NCBI GenBank assembly: GCA_030704615.1
Contig: CM060731.1
Location: 88,846,001-88,910,000, forward strand
Reading direction: 5' to 3'
Origin: Takakia lepidozioides
Lineage: Eukaryota; Plantae; Bryophyta
DNA: 64,000 nt
Below are positions 13,560 through 27,273 of the stretch, in pieces. Made by a program: the position numbers and the translations under genes. Position 1 is the stretch's first letter. The number at the start of each line of letters is the position of its first letter. Below the pieces are notes generated by a model that was given only the letters and a program-made list of their open reading frames with translations, made no database searches and was not told the DNA's origin.

Positions 13560-13945
13560 GCAAATGTGCTACCGAGTCATGGGTGCAATGAATGCGCAGT
13601 GGTTCATGGAGTCGTTGAGTCGACTACATATTCACTTTAATGAATAAATATCTTTATTCCATTAATCAAATTAGGAAAGAAAATTTGTAGTCGCATGTGC
13701 AGTAATTACAACCACTTGTAATTTTGGCTTTTTCAAATTTTATGTATTTACGCAATTCGTAAAATAGCCCGGAATTCTGCTACGACTCCGGAGTCGTTGA
13801 CCCCACTTCTGTCCGCCGTCTGAAATGCCCCCGTGGGCCCACATTGTCTGTTTCGACTCTCCAGTAGTCCCGTTTACTACCAAGTGGTTCCCAGAGTGGT
13901 CGCGGACATGCAGTCGAATCGGAAAAGACACGAATGCTTCTAGTG
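13560..13945. mobile_element. CACTA-B terminus (displaced by inversion) with subterminal ACGACTC/GAGTCGT repeats
   Basis: It ends GACACGAATGCTTCTAGTG, identical to 29497-29515, and is followed by CTA. Confidence 0.8.
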
Positions 13946-14279
13946 CTATCATGGTCGGGGATCTACATGGGGCGAGGCAAATGCGGAGGAGGAAGAGACT
14001 GGTCATGATGACGTTGATGTTGGCCGAGGTTGGATAGAGGGGGTACAAGAGAATGATGACGCCCCGGACAATGCATCCCGGACCCTATACGATGAGGCTC
14101 CATCAGATGCGGATGTTGGAGAAGAAGATGAAGACATGGTCATTGAAACCGAGGTGGAAGATGATTCAGATGTGCCTTTTGGTGACCAGGCCATTTATGA
14201 CAATGACTCTGATGAGCAAGAAGACTTGCAGCTTGATGAGGACGAAGAAGCTCCGGATGATGATGTTCAAGTCGATTAG
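13946..14279 (+). pseudogene. Acidic C-terminal tail of CACTA-C tnpD
   Basis: It reads YHGRG...EEEETG...DDDVQVD* and joins the tnpD segment ending at 29516 across the CTA duplication, giving ..RRIYHG.. Confidence 0.6.
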
Positions 14280-15289
14280 ACACGTAATCAAAGCTACATA
14301 ATAATTCTCGCACATAACTGTACCCATCCCTTCGATTGATTGTACATGTACATGCATGTATTTTATTTCTATGATTGATTAATGAAAAATCCATGAAAAA
14401 AATCCTTTGTAGGTGTGGCGATCTAGGAATGATTTTAGTGAAGTTGTGACTCGAAAATTGACTCTAGGATTGTTGAGTTTTTGTACCATGATCTCGATGC
14501 AACAGAAAGAATCTTTGAAATTGGTGTGAAAGACAACAATGTTGCGAAAGCCATTGCCAAAGCAATCTACCCTCAACCCTCTAATCCCATGGCCCTTCCC
14601 TTTTCCTTTCCTAGTGTCCCCACCCCCTTTTCTTGCCCTTTGTCTTTAACAATAAGGCCGCCCGGGTTGATCACAGTCTCCCACATGCAAGATAGACCTA
14701 TTATATTGTAGCACAGAAGGAGGACTAAAAAGATTTGCAACAATGGATCCATTCAGGTTGGCCTCTGCCATGACCTTTGCAAAGACACAGAAAAGGCAAT
14801 ATTGCGATTCCCCGCCCTCGTAGATCTGTTGGGGCATCGCAATACCGTCGCAAGGCGACCCCTGGAGGTCGCAACCCCCTGCATTTACAATATCCATGAT
14901 TGCGGATTTTTCCTACGCAATGATTTTTGTTTTAGCTCTATTTTGTTCTGTGAATGCAAACCCAGACCACTACATCCATGGAAAAAATTGGACCAAACCA
15001 AAAAAAAAAAAAAAAACAAAGAGTTTCCTTCACTTACTATTGCGGAACTCTCTATGGAGAGTGCATGAAGTTGAAAAGAACTCAACTTCGGAGTGCAAAT
15101 GAGGGAAGAAAATATGGTTTTCAGTCCAAATGATTTTTGTTCATTTCCAAAATTTGCACACGCATTGCAAACGCTGTCATTAAGCATATGGTCCAATAGT
15201 TTGCACGGATGTAGTGGTGCAAGGGTCGAATTCACAGAACAAAACACAGCAAAAAAAAATTGATTATGTAGCAGCAATCCCCAATCCTA

Positions 15290-15721
15290 GACCCCCAGGC
15301 AAGAGGGCACTTGTGACACCCCAGCAGGCATGCGACTGCGGGGAATCGCAACGTCGCCATTGTGGCATTGCTGCGACGTTAAGGCATTGCTGCGATGTTA
15401 AGACGTCGCAATCCCCAGCTGGCTCGGCCCTCCCCACGCGCCTAAGTGTGAGGGGGGTGTTGTTGCGATTCTCGGGCGTCGCAGAGGGCACGTGCGACGT
15501 CGGGCGTCGCAACCCCCAGCTTGTTGGTAGGTCATGCCCCAACTGCAGCGACGTACCTGAATCGCAAGCTGGCGAAGCGTCACCGGAGCGGCGCTGCGGC
15601 GACGCGCCGACGTCGCTATTTCTGGGCCAAGCGCCTATGTGGCGCAGCAGTCGCAGGAGGGTCGTCGCGTCTGGCACGCTCGGGGTCCCGACGTCGCTAA
15701 CCCCCCCTAAACGTAGTAGTG
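15290..15721. mobile_element. CACTA-C terminus (displaced by inversion) with GC-rich GCGACG/CGTCGC subterminal repeats
   Basis: It ends CCCCCTAAACGTAGTAGTG, the same terminus as at 53223. The flank TTG is the reverse complement of CAA. Confidence 0.85.
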
Positions 15722-16594
15722 TTGCCATTTTCTCGGGCTTACCCCTACCCCCATCATTTGCTTATAGGTCTCCAAAGCCTCCATCCCACGTCCCTGCTGT
15801 GCATACCATGCAAGCATTGCACTCCACGACACCACATCTCGTTCAGCCATAGTGTTGAACACTCGATTTGCATCCTCGATGCACCCACATTTTGCATACA
15901 TGTCCACCAGGGTATTGTTCAGAATGACATTTGGTACAATTCCAGCTCTGAAGATGTCGCCATGGACCTCTTTCCCCTTTTCCAGAGCTACCAGGGCAGT
16001 GTTTAGAATGACATTTGGTACAATTCCAGCTTTGATGATATCGCCATGCACCTCTTTGCGCTCGATGCACCCACATTTTGCATACATGTCCACCAGGGTA
16101 TTATTACATTTGGTACAAATCCAGCTCTGAAATGTCACCATGGATTCTTTCCCCTTTTCTAGAGGTGCCAGGGCAGTGTTTATAATGACATTTGGTACAA
16201 TTCCAGCTTTGATGATATCGCCATGCACCTCTTTGCCCTTCTCTAGGGCTGCCAGGCTTGCACAAGCATTGCTAATGCACACAAACATGATGTGGCTGGG
16301 CTTCACCCCTTCCCCCACCATTTGCTCATAGGTCTCCAAAGCCTCCATCCCATGTCCCTGCTGTGCATACCTTGCAAGCATCACACTCCACGACACCACA
16401 TCTCGTTCAGCCATAGTGTCAAAAACTCCCTTTGCATCCTCAATGCATCCACATTTGGCATACATGTCTAGGTCAGGGCAGTGTTCAGAATGACATTTGG
16501 TGCAATTCCAGCTTTGACCGATGTCACCATGGACCTCTTTCCCCTTTTCCAGGCTTGCACGCGCATTGCAAACACAAACAAACGTGATGTGGTT
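15722..16594 (-). pseudogene. PLS-class pentatricopeptide repeat (PPR) gene remnant
   Basis: Repeated NTLVDMYAKCGCIEDA..VF..MAERDVVSWS.M...YAQQG.GMEAL (S/P motifs) and LEKGKEVHGDIIKAGI (L motif), with internal deletions. Confidence 0.92.
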
Positions 16595-17073
16595 TGTCGC
16601 GGCCCTTTGCCTTGAGGGCAGGGAGGTCGGGACACAAGAGGGGCTGCCCCTGTGGTGGGGGCAGTACCAGCGATAGGTACGGGGGCTGAAGCACCCTTGA
16701 GTGCCCAAGGCACTCAAGGGAGCGGAGGCGCTCACTAGGTGGAGCCCCGCACACCGGGTTGCGGTGGGGGTGGCTCCACAAGGGGTGGTGGTAGCTTAGT
16801 GGGACTTAGTGGGGGTGGCATAGGACTCACCAAGGGGGCGGAGACCTCGTGGTGGGAGTCGTGGGGAGTCTTGGGACTCATCACGGTCCATAGGGGCCGT
16901 GGTGAGCGGGCCAAGACTCACCGCGACTCACCACCGGGAATCGAGGGTCTTCGTGGTGGTTCGCCATAAAATGGCATGGCTGGTTGTGAAACCCCCGCGG
17001 ACAGCTACAGAAGTATATATAGGGAGTAGTAACCCCGAGAACGGTGCAAGCCCGTTGGTGACCAAAAACTAGT
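16595..17073 (+). repeat. LTR U3-side half, family A
   Basis: It starts TGTCGCGGCCC, is the reverse complement of about 2301-2754 and stops at ACTAGT. Confidence 0.9.
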
Positions 17074-17219
17074 ACGGACCACATACCGGGACATTATCGA
17101 TACTATTAACTGTCTCGCCCTTGCGCGCTTGCAGGACTGTACAAAATGGGTTCTAAGGACAGTATGAGTCCTTAGCATAGCTCTCGTCTATGAGCTGCTG
17201 GCTTAATGGACACTGAGAT

Positions 17220-20200
17220 TCAGCTGGGCTCACTATCTATATCCAAATAATCTTCCCCTTCACTACCCACATCTGCAATTTGCCTTGCGGTAATTACCAA
17301 CCCTGGAATGTCTTCCTCATTAAAGGTAACTGCTCCTTCCAAAGAGACTGGTTCGGCCGTATCTGGTAGATTTCGTGGTTCCCTCAGACCCTCGTGGTCG
17401 GCATTCTCCCCTAGGTCCAGATCATGGACGTCGGCCACGACTCGTTTGGCCCGGGTCCTTGTGAAGAACCACCTTCCATCCGGCGCATGGGTGTCATCTG
17501 AAAAGAAAACTTGCTCAACTTGCGATGGGAAGATGAATGGCTCTTCATCTTGTGGTAGCATTTTCTGAAATCAGCAAGGAGGAACCCGTACTCATCCCGT
17601 TTCATGGTGGCATTCTCTCCTACCATATTGGCTTACCCAAGAACAACGGAATAGAATTGGCTTCACAAGACCATAGTCTAGTTTAAGGATCTCTTTGATC
17701 ACTCCTACATATTGCACATGGCATGAAATTGGATTCTGATCTCGTGCACAGCTCCTACTCTCTTGTTCAAAAAATGATGTCACTCCGCTGTCATAAGTCA
17801 CCAGGAGGCTGGTGTTGGCATCGTCCACTCTATAGTGATTGCCATATGCTTTCATTGACCGGTACGAAGTGGCAATCAGCCCTGGGGGGAATGACAGACT
17901 CACCATGCCCTCATCTGGGTCCTCGTTCTCTGATGCGTACACTGCAATTGCAGATCTGACCCACACTGTAAAGGGCTGCAGCTCCTCCATTGTTGTGGGG
18001 TACTCCACCGGGGATCTGCGCCTACGACCGCCCCTCCGCCATGCTTTTGCAAATGCACTCCGTTCCGTTTTCAGGCGGACCTTCTCCGCTGCGTACTTTC
18101 TGGCAGAAACCAAATAGAAGCTGCAACTCAGTCCCCCTGACCAACACCGTGCTGTACATGCATGCCACATGCAGAGTGTGTGTCCTTTCAAGCACACTGT
18201 AGTGATGCAGCCTACTTCATAATCACTTGCAAGCAACAACCAAGATCTACGAAACCACGATCCCACTCCCATAGTGGCCGGAATGACTTGTGACAATATA
18301 TATGTAATTCCAGCATACAAAGACCATTAAGAATAGCACAGGAGGGATGTAAGTTGGCACCCACTGTCTCCATGGTGTCATGGTTGTTGTGTTGTTCAGC
18401 ACATAATCATGTGCCACATCCGAAGGCGCGGGCTCATGGCACGCTTTGTTCCACCCTTCTAGGACCTCGCCTACAACTCCTTCTTCCTCGTTCTCGTCCC
18501 ACACCCGTCGTTGTATGCATCAAATGAAGACATATACTCTGTCATGAAGCCCAGGGCTTCGTCGCGGATGTAGCCCTCCGCCATACTCCCCTCTGGCCGT
18601 GCCATGTTGCGTACATACCCCTTCAGATCCTTCATGTACCTCTCCATGGGGTACATCCACCGGCTGGCTACGGGCCCACACACATGCAACTCCTCTACAA
18701 GATGCACTAGCAAGTGCGTCATGACGTCAAAGAATGATGGAGGGAATTCTTTCTCAGCAAACATAGGGTCATAGCCACATCCTCATGCAACGATGTAATG
18801 TCCCTCGGATCCCACACCTTCGCACAAATCTTCCTAAACACTCGACTTACACGCATTATGGCTGTTCGAGGACCTGGCGCCATCGTACCCCGAATGCACA
18901 CTGGCAAAATCTGTTGCATCATCACGTGTAGATCATGTGACTTCATCCCCGACCATTTCTTGTTTATGGCATGCTTTTGGAAAGCACCCGAGAATCCGGT
19001 TGGCACTTTCATGGCTCCCAATGTCTTCAAAAAATCCTCTTGCTCTGATTTGGTCAGGACGTATGATGCTGCTGGCATGAGCACTTTGCCTGGTCTATTT
19101 GGATCAGGCCTTAGCCACAGATGTGACCGTATCCCTTCAATCTCCATGTCCTTTCGTACGTTTATCGTATCCTTCTCCCCAAAGATAGTCTTCAGAATGT
19201 TCTCGCAGAAGTTCTTCTCACAATGCATGGGGTCCAGGAGGTACCGCTGCAAGAGGTTCTGAAATGCCAAATGTCCTCCCATGAGACCAAGTTCTATGGG
19301 CAAAAAAAGTAGAATATGTGGCAGAAGTTGTCCATGTTACTACATTCTGCTTTCAACAACTCCACGATCCTCTCCACAGTGAGGTGTACGACTTCAACAT
19401 CTACTGCATAGTAGTTACACTGACTTAGGAGTTGGTGGAAGGACTCCTGACAGTAAAGGTAATTCCAGGAAGCACAATGTGAAAGAAAGTGAGTGAATGG
19501 GGGGGGGGGGGATTCATGCACCTTCCAGTATGGCAAATCCCAAAGGATTGTCCGCTTCACCCCGTGCTCCATGGCTGGATCCGCACTACTTCCGTCTCTC
19601 CCTCCAATCTCCATGAACGCCTCTTTCTCCTTTGCAAATTGCAATGTCTCCTCCGGTGTCACAGCATTTGGTGCCATTCTCTTTTCAACACATCCATTGA
19701 AGTGCCTTCCTGCTCGTCGGTAGGGGTGGTTTCTTGCAAGGTAACGTCGATGCCCCATGTATATTGTCTTCCCTAGTGGCTTTGAGTGCCGTGAATCCAC
19801 ATAGGGCCCACAAATGGGGCACCCTTTGTAGCCCTTCGTCTTGCAACCCGCAACAAGGCCATATGCGGGGAAATCGTGGATTGACCACATGAGTATGGCA
19901 CGGAGGGTGAAACTCCGTTGCCCTACTGGTTTCAAAATGTCGTAAGCTTCAACTCCAATCCATAGTTCCTGTAGCTCTTCAATCAATGGTTGCAAATACA
20001 CATCTATGTTTGCATTTGTCACGGACTCCTTGCCTGGAATCAAGAGAGACAACATGACAAAGAATTTCTTTGTTGTCAACCATGGTGGCAGGTTGTATGC
20101 CACCAACTGCACGGGCCATGTGGACCATGTGCAACTCTTTGATCCGTATGGGTTTACTCCATCCGTAGATACAGCCAATCGCACATTGCGTGGGTCCTCG

Positions 20201-21266
20201 GCAAAATCGGGCCAAGTTGCATCTATATGCTTCCATGCAAGGGAATCTGGGACATGCCTTACCAAACCATCGTTTGAGGCATTCCTGGAATGCCAAGTCA
20301 TGAGCTCACTAATGGTCTTGCATTTGTACATCGTAATAGACGGGGGATAAGGGGAAAGTGCCTCAACACCTTGGCTGGCTGTTGTAACCTGCCCACATCA
20401 TGGTATCGGGCTGCACCGCATTGGGGCACTCCATAGCATCCTTGTACTCTCTTCTGAAAAGTACATGTCCTTTTGGACATGCATGTATTTTCACGTAGTT
20501 GAGGCCGAGCTTCCCAATCATTTGGTTGGCCATGTGACAGCTTTTTGGCATTTCATTTGGTTGTGGAAGCAAGTTCAGCCGAAGCAAAGAGAACAACTCG
20601 TCCACAAAATGGTCTGAGACACCGTGGGTTGTGCACAGGTTCATCAACAGCATGGTGGCAGCAAGCTTTGTGGATTTGCATCCTCGTACAGTGGCACACA
20701 TGCTTCTTCTAGTGTCATGTGTGCAGAATTCAATTCTCCATCTCCACCTCCTTCCACGCCTTCCCCCACGTGAATGCCTTCATTTCCTGCGTCATCACCA
20801 TCCCCAGTTGTCGCAGCGCCGTCCCCCTCTTCAGCATCGTCCATGATGTGGAATGCTTCCTGCAACATTCGAGTAATCTCCACCCCTCCGTCCATGCCTG
20901 GTTCATGTCCTGCGCCCATGACATAGTCCTCGTCTGGCCTGTCTGTATGGCTCCCTCGGGGGTGGCATTGTCCAATTGTGCCCACTCCTCATCGTCTTCG
21001 TCTGCAGGTCCATCTCCAATCCACACCCGAAATGCTTCATGTCTTTTGTGGTGAAGGAGATGTGTGCGCACACCGTCCTCAGATCTACTTGTAGTGCCCA
21101 AACAACGTTCACATGGGCATGGCATCCTTGAAAGCCCAAGGGCTCGGGCACGTGCCACTTCTCTTTCCCACAACCTGTCATCTCGGGTGTTCTGTCTACA
21201 GGGGTGATTAATTGGAAGTCCTCCGCATGGGCGAGGGGAACTCATTTTGTTGGGGAGCCTCTTCAA
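17220..21266 (-). pseudogene. CACTA/En-Spm TnpD-type (Tnp2 family) transposase, spliced and frameshifted
   Basis: Motifs include CPCERC (transposase-associated domain), IHACPKG, STDGVNP..STWPV..YNLPPW, WSIHDFPAYG..CPICG, LDPMHCEKN, MKSHD.H, RWMYPMERYMK.LK.YVRN.ARPEGSMAEGY and QVEQVFF. Confidence 0.93.
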
Positions 21267-23289
21267 TGCTGTTTGTGCACGCCGTTGCAGGGCCGGATTC
21301 TCCTTTGCAGAGATTCCTCAATTTGGCTCTGCCACTCCCATTTCACTACCGTCAATTCCCTCCTCCTGCAATCTCAATTTGAAAGGTTCAGCCGCACATC
21401 CTTTGGCAGAGAAGACAGTTGACATTTTATACCAACCGGTAGATTCCACAACATGATGAAAAGTTACACTCAACAGCAAACCATTTAAAAGCCATCACGA
21501 TGCTTCCCATCATAACTAGAATCTTTTCAACAAGACACTGAGAGAAATGACCAAAATCGACTCAAACAACGACATCCTGGAAAACGACCTGTCTCTACAG
21601 TTCGTGTGTGTGTGAGGAATCGGAGGAGGACGTACGTGGAATTTCAATTTTCACGATTGACGACGTTGTGATCTTGGGCATATGGTTGAATGTGTATGAA
21701 ATGTGTGCATTGAAGTGTGAACAACCTGACTACAAGGCCAGAACCTGCGCCACTTGTCTTAGGCCATCTCCAAATCACGTTTCGGCGGACAATCCCGTTC
21801 CGTTGCCGTGAAATTGCACCGTGGCGGGAAGGGAGTCCATTTGTGTGGCTCTATCACCATGGCGGGAAGGGGGAGCATGTTAAAAATGGAGCATCGCCCT
21901 GCCACTTCACTCATTTGCTGTTTGCAGCTTCTTCCACCATCTTTCTTACTTAATTCTGATTCTTGCAATGCTGCCCTTGAGACGGCAACTGCAAGTGACC
22001 GGATCCTTTGATCGTCGCATTCAAAGACACTTACGTGTAGCAGATCGCAGACCCCCAAATGCCTGGAGAGAAAGCCAGAGGGCAGTCAATGCATGCACGG
22101 TTGTTTTGCACTGGTTGGGACGGAGTGGGGTGCAGAGGAGGCGTGTTGTGCCCGAGTTCGCATGCCTAGCATCCTGCAGCCGGCGGCTTTTGCACGTTGG
22201 GCAGCAGTACCCTCTGCTGTATGATTACCATTTGTGGTACAGACTCACCGGCCTCCCCTGTCCACTTGGGTCTTGGGACAACGACTTATGGAGTATGTAG
22301 ACAGAGTTGCATGTCGCGCAGGTACACCAAAATCTCCCATGTAACATAAACCCATTTCTCATTCATGCTTGCATGTGATCCACGGGTAATTTCCATGTTC
22401 TCCCAGCTGATGTGGGTTCGCAAATTCTCGGTGTGTAGGTGTGTGTGTGAGGACCTCAACCTGGCATGGTGCGATGGGTGTCGAATGGACCCTTCTCTGC
22501 GATGGGAGAACCACTACAGTTGAGTTTGTTTTTGCTGAATCATTTGGCAGAGCACTGTGTTCACTTCTCACACATCATGCGCATTTTCTGCAAAAATGCA
22601 TCATTGCAGTGTGTTTCCTTCGCCTAATTTTGAACGAAAAAAAGTTAACGGATCCATGTCAGTTGTGTGAATCACTACATCTAGTTGTCTGGAGGATTGT
22701 AAGTGGTTTAGGGTTTAACGTCTCAAAGTCGAAAAGGCCATAGTGTCGGATGCACGACACGTGTTCATATTTGAAATCAACAACGGCCGGATCTTCACTA
22801 CAGATCGGGGGGGTGTGTGATCACACTCCCCTCCTTGTCCTTCTTTCCTCCTTTGCATGTCTTGGTCTTCCTCGCTCGTCTTTGTCTTGGTCATGGTCTA
22901 TGTCCTCGCTCGTCTTCATCTTTGTCATGGTCTATGTCCACCTAGTAAGAAGCGCTCGACCGCCGAGGCAGCATCACCTCCTCCCACTTCTGCACATTCC
23001 AGCCCCGCGGTGCGAAGGAGCCCCCGCCTGGCTCGACTGAATCCGGTACAGATGGCGTCGGTGCGAGAGGGAAGGCAGAGCGGTGGGCGGTCTTCGAGTT
23101 CGGATTTTGACACAAGCGAGTATAGCATGGGCGACGACGATGAGGTGGAGGACAGTTCGGAGGAAATTGCACCTCCATCTGCAGAGTCTCTCCAAAAGGT
23201 GCGCAAACGGCACAAAACCGCTGCGCATGAGGTGAGTTCTACCCCTACTTGTGTTCTTGTTTTCTGGGCGTTGAGTTCTCCTGAAACTG

Positions 23290-24420
23290 AAACTGGGATG
23301 CACATATCCACAAAGTTGTTCAAACGGATGTCGTAGTATACAGGGCAGTAGAAGAAGAAGTGTTCTTCAGTTTCAATTTCCTTGCTGCGCCCTATGCAAG
23401 CTGGACATAGGCGGTCCTCCCGTTGCAGGTTTTCCCATCTGCCAGTCTCTATCCGTAGGTTGTGGGAACCCACCCTGAACCGCCCCAATGCCCTCAAGAG
23501 GGAAGGAGGTAAGGGTGCTGAAAGGTAATTTGGTCTGAAGATTCTATCATCGCGGAGCACCAAGAATGTCTCTCGATAGAAGTGGAGCTTTGTTGTGAGA
23601 TTGGGTAGCATCCAAGTTCTCTTGACATGTAATTCCATAAGCTCTCTCCGAATGAGTCTGTTGCGGTCATGTGGATGTGATGTCCACCTCATGTGGGTTC
23701 ATTGGTAATAGGAAAGCAGTAGAAAGTCCGTTACGTTTCAATAAACTGTCCACTCGAGCATACCAGGAGTTCCCGAAACCTGCAGCTTTGAGCCTCATAG
23801 ATGTTGTGAGGGCCCTTGCCACTAGCCCTTTGGGTGGAAGGGCCTGCAATCTATGGAGAAAGATTGTAAGCCTGAACTGTGCCTCGGATTGCAATGGTAC
23901 ACATGCGAACTCTGCACCTAGGATCTGAGATGGAGTTGTGCTCCTGGCGCCAAGCATTGCTTGGGAGAAAAGATGACTGTAATGGTTCCAAATTCTTTTC
24001 CCACCAGGAGACAGGGACACCAGGTGCCCAAAACTCACAACCATGATGGTAGCAGGGCTGACGACGGTGTCAAACAACCATGCCGCAGATGTATTTGCTT
24101 GCATTTGGCGTGAAGGCGGACGGAGGCCGCCTTACCTTTAGTCAATCTGTCCAAGGCAGTGGCTGCAAAGTGAAACTTGGGGGAGTGGATAACCAGACCT
24201 AGGTACCGATTTGACAATCTCAATTTCCTGCTGGTTGAAGATGAATCTACGATCAGCCTGGCCATTGAAGACCATGATCTTGGTCTTGCTAAGATTGACT
24301 TGCATCCCATAGTCTTTGCAGAACTGTTCCAAAATTTTGATATGGCGTTGCAGAAAGACCGGGGATTGTGCCAAAAGGGCAACATCATCAGCGTAGAGGA
24401 GATCTGATTGGGCAGAAAAT
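23290..24420 (-). mobile_element. 5'-truncated LINE (RTEX-like) fragment in an intron of the tnpA-like gene
   Basis: LLYADD at about 24385-24400, VNLSKTKIMVF, and a C-terminal RFRVGSHNLRIETGRW...RLCPAC...EEHFFFYC zinc knuckle. Confidence 0.85.
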
Positions 24421-26598
24421 GAAGTTAGGCAGAAAACATGTTTTCAATTTGTGTCATGGGGGAGGACATCGTGGAAAAACCTTCAGGTCTACCACTGTGT
24501 GCAGAGGGACTAGTTTTTAGGTCAAGGAAATGTTGCTTTGTCACGTCATTGCACCTGCGTTGGAGTACGCATTTGCTATATGCGTTGATAACTCCAACGA
24601 GGCTAGGTCTGCAATATCCTTTCAATTGAATTGTGTCTGCACCTGTGTTTACCAACATTGAGAGTCTTTAGGCCTTTTGGGGCTCCGTTGCTGGGCTCCG
24701 CCATACAGCCATTTGCTGATTCTGTGTGAATAGATGTCCACTGGATATGTGCAAAACCCGGATGGATGTTCTGTTTCCTGGTAAGTTTCATGTGGTACTG
24801 ATGTGAACCCGCCCACATTCTGTTTCTTCACCAATGAATGGGCTTACATGTTATGAGGACATTCTGTCCCTCTCCTTTTCAGTTTTTGGCACTTGCGCTG
24901 CAGGGGAGTGGGTTTGAGGTCAGCCAATCCATAGTTGTGGTTGTGGGATGGTTTGTGCTCTGGTGACGTTGTGTTCAGTAGGACTACAGCTGATGCACCT
25001 TGTGTGTGGGATGTTTTTGGCAGCGGAAGGGGAGTGAAGCTGCAGCAAAGCACTCACAGCCACCACACAATGCCAACCAACACCAACCTTGGCACCCACC
25101 CCCTGCCGGATGGTCTCCACAACAGAGTGCACCATGGGGAGCCCCCCCTGCTTCGGGGTCGTGGCGCTGGCTTCCTGATGTTGCCACGTCACAATGGGGG
25201 CCTCCCACATCTCCATACGGCCCTCCCCCCTCCGGCACACATCAGTCACCCCCCACAACGTATGACGGCGCTGCTCCAGAGCATGGGGGCAGGAAACGGA
25301 CATCAGAGCTGAGGAAGGAACGGCCATCCGACAAAGAAAGAGGGAGGGGGAAGTAATAAAGCAAGGCGTGCAGATGGAGAATGGGCTAAAAAACACTGGC
25401 AGCGTGGGCGTGGCCTGGCAAGATTGACTGCAATCATTGACCAGCAGTCCCAGAGTGCCATGTCAACAGTAATAGAGGGCATAAATGGAATGTATGAGTA
25501 CACACCTATCCCTGCCAATCGTGATTTTATAGTGAAGCAATGTGGAAAGATAATGAAAGGAGAAAGAGCAAAACTGAAAGATAAATGGGCGAAGACTGGT
25601 GTGAGGCCAATGAACACTGAACCCGCCTATTGGGATAAGCTTGTTGCCTACTGGGAGTCCCCTCGTGGACTTGCAAAGGCTGAAGGGATGAAGCAAGCGC
25701 GTGCTTGTTTCACGAACCCCTCGCGTTGGGGCCGGGCAGGAGTTGCAGGCCAAGCAGCCCGTTTGGTAATCTCCCTCACCCCCTTCTCATTGCTCTTACT
25801 TTGTGGCATGTTCTGATGGAAGAGACACCCACGAGTGGGTTTTATTGCTTGTGCAGAATTAGTTGTTATGTGATATGCAGGGCAATGCTTTGTCCATATG
25901 CTCCTGGCATTTTGTACTGACAGTGTGTGGATGGGCAAATACAGAAAAGACGCAAAGCGCGGAGCCCGTCACTGTCCGAGCTCGGGGCGGAGTGCAAGAA
26001 CGCTGCGACTGGCACCCCATCAGAGTCTGTTTTGAGCCAGGTATGTTTTGAAGTCCGGTTTCCATTTATGAATCTGTTGTTGTACTAAGATTTGGTGGGT
26101 ATGTGGGGCCCCCACGCATGGTACACGAGGGATGTTATGCCAAACCTAGCCATCTCCGAATGCCTGAAATCCTGCACATTCGGCCTCTTCTTCTGGTTTT
26201 AACAGTACGGGTGGGTGTTTGTATGTGTAGGGAGTGGGGAACTCAATGGCAGCCCGCATCGGGGCCCTGGAGAGGCTTGCGGCTCTCTCTGCGGAGCGGG
26301 AGAGGGGAATGGAAGCACAACTGAAGAAGATAGTGGAACTCATGATGGGGCAAAAAGGGGGTGTGACGGGTGGCATTATGGAAGACCCCCCTGCTGCGAC
26401 CATTGTACCTGACAAGGAGGAAGTAATTGTAGTGGGTAGGGATGTGACAGAGGTCCGGGCTGTTGTTGATGATATTCACAGTGGGGGGCAGGGTCCACTC
26501 GTTGAAGAGGGAGAGGTCCAGCAAGTTGGTGGGGATGACATGGACGATGGGGGTCATTGCCCATGATGGGGGAAAAGGGGAAGCTGTAGGGGGAGAGG

Positions 26599-27273
26599 GT
26601 GGTAGTTTGCCTGACTGAAACTTTGCCCTCCGGGGTGACTGTTGTCTCCCAACCCACTGAGATGAGACCCCGTGACACCCCTTCAAAAGCTCCTTTCATA
26701 GAAAAGTCGAAACTAATTGTTCTAGACCTGAACGGGATACTGTGCCACTCTATTCCTAACTTTCAGCCCAACCCGAGGCGTCATTGGCCATGGGTGTTGA
26801 CCACCAACAAGTATGTTTTCCCAAGGCCCCAGGTCTGCGAGTTTTTAAACCTTCTCTTCCGGTATTTCTACGTTGGGATATGGTCCTGTGCTTCCAAGGG
26901 GAATGTTGCAGACATCTTCAAAGTGGTCATGCAGGGGGTCAAGGGTTCTTCCCTCTTTGCGTGGTCACAAGAGGAGTGTGACCCCTTGACAGAGCCACAC
27001 CCCACAAAAGGGCCTGCCGTACAGAACTTACAGAAGAGACTGTCGAGGGTGTGGTCGGAATTTTCTGGATTTAACGAATCCAACACCCTCCTAGTGGATG
27101 ATTCACCACACAAGGGGAGGGGGAACTCCCCTTTGAACATGGTCCATCCATTGTCGTTTTGCAATGTCAGTGAGGGGCCCGATTCGGACTACCTTTTAGA
27201 AACAGTCTGGCCCTACTGCCAAGATTTGTTTTGCTCCAAGATGTGCGTGTCTTCACAAGCACGCGGAAGCTGA
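26599..27273 (+). CDS. FCP1/NIF-like HAD phosphatase domain
   Basis: KLIVLDLNGIL, FPRPQVCEFL, VGIWSCA, FAWSQEEC, KRLSRVW and NTLLVDDSPHK correspond to HAD motifs I-IV of the NIF family. Confidence 0.85.
   Translation: MVVCLTETLPSGVTVVSQPTEMRPRDTPSKAPFIEKSKLIVLDLNGILCHSIPNFQPNPRRHWPWVLTTNKYVFPRPQVCEFLNLLFRYFYVGIWSCASKGNVADIFKVVMQGVKGSSLFAWSQEECDPLTEPHPTKGPAVQNLQKRLSRVWSEFSGFNESNTLLVDDSPHKGRGNSPLNMVHPLSFCNVSEGPDSDYLLETVWPYCQDLFCSKMCVSSQARGS

Noticed and set aside
15214-15852. Long GC-rich ORFs over the CACTA subterminal repeats (also 52572-53155)
   Set aside because: They are stop-poor artefacts of GC-rich repeat DNA.
2082-16594. A single intact gypsy insertion from 2087 to the reconstructed 5' LTR
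   Set aside because: The flanks CGACA and AACCA (reverse complement of TGGTT) do not match, and the flanking genes differ (MULE versus PPR).
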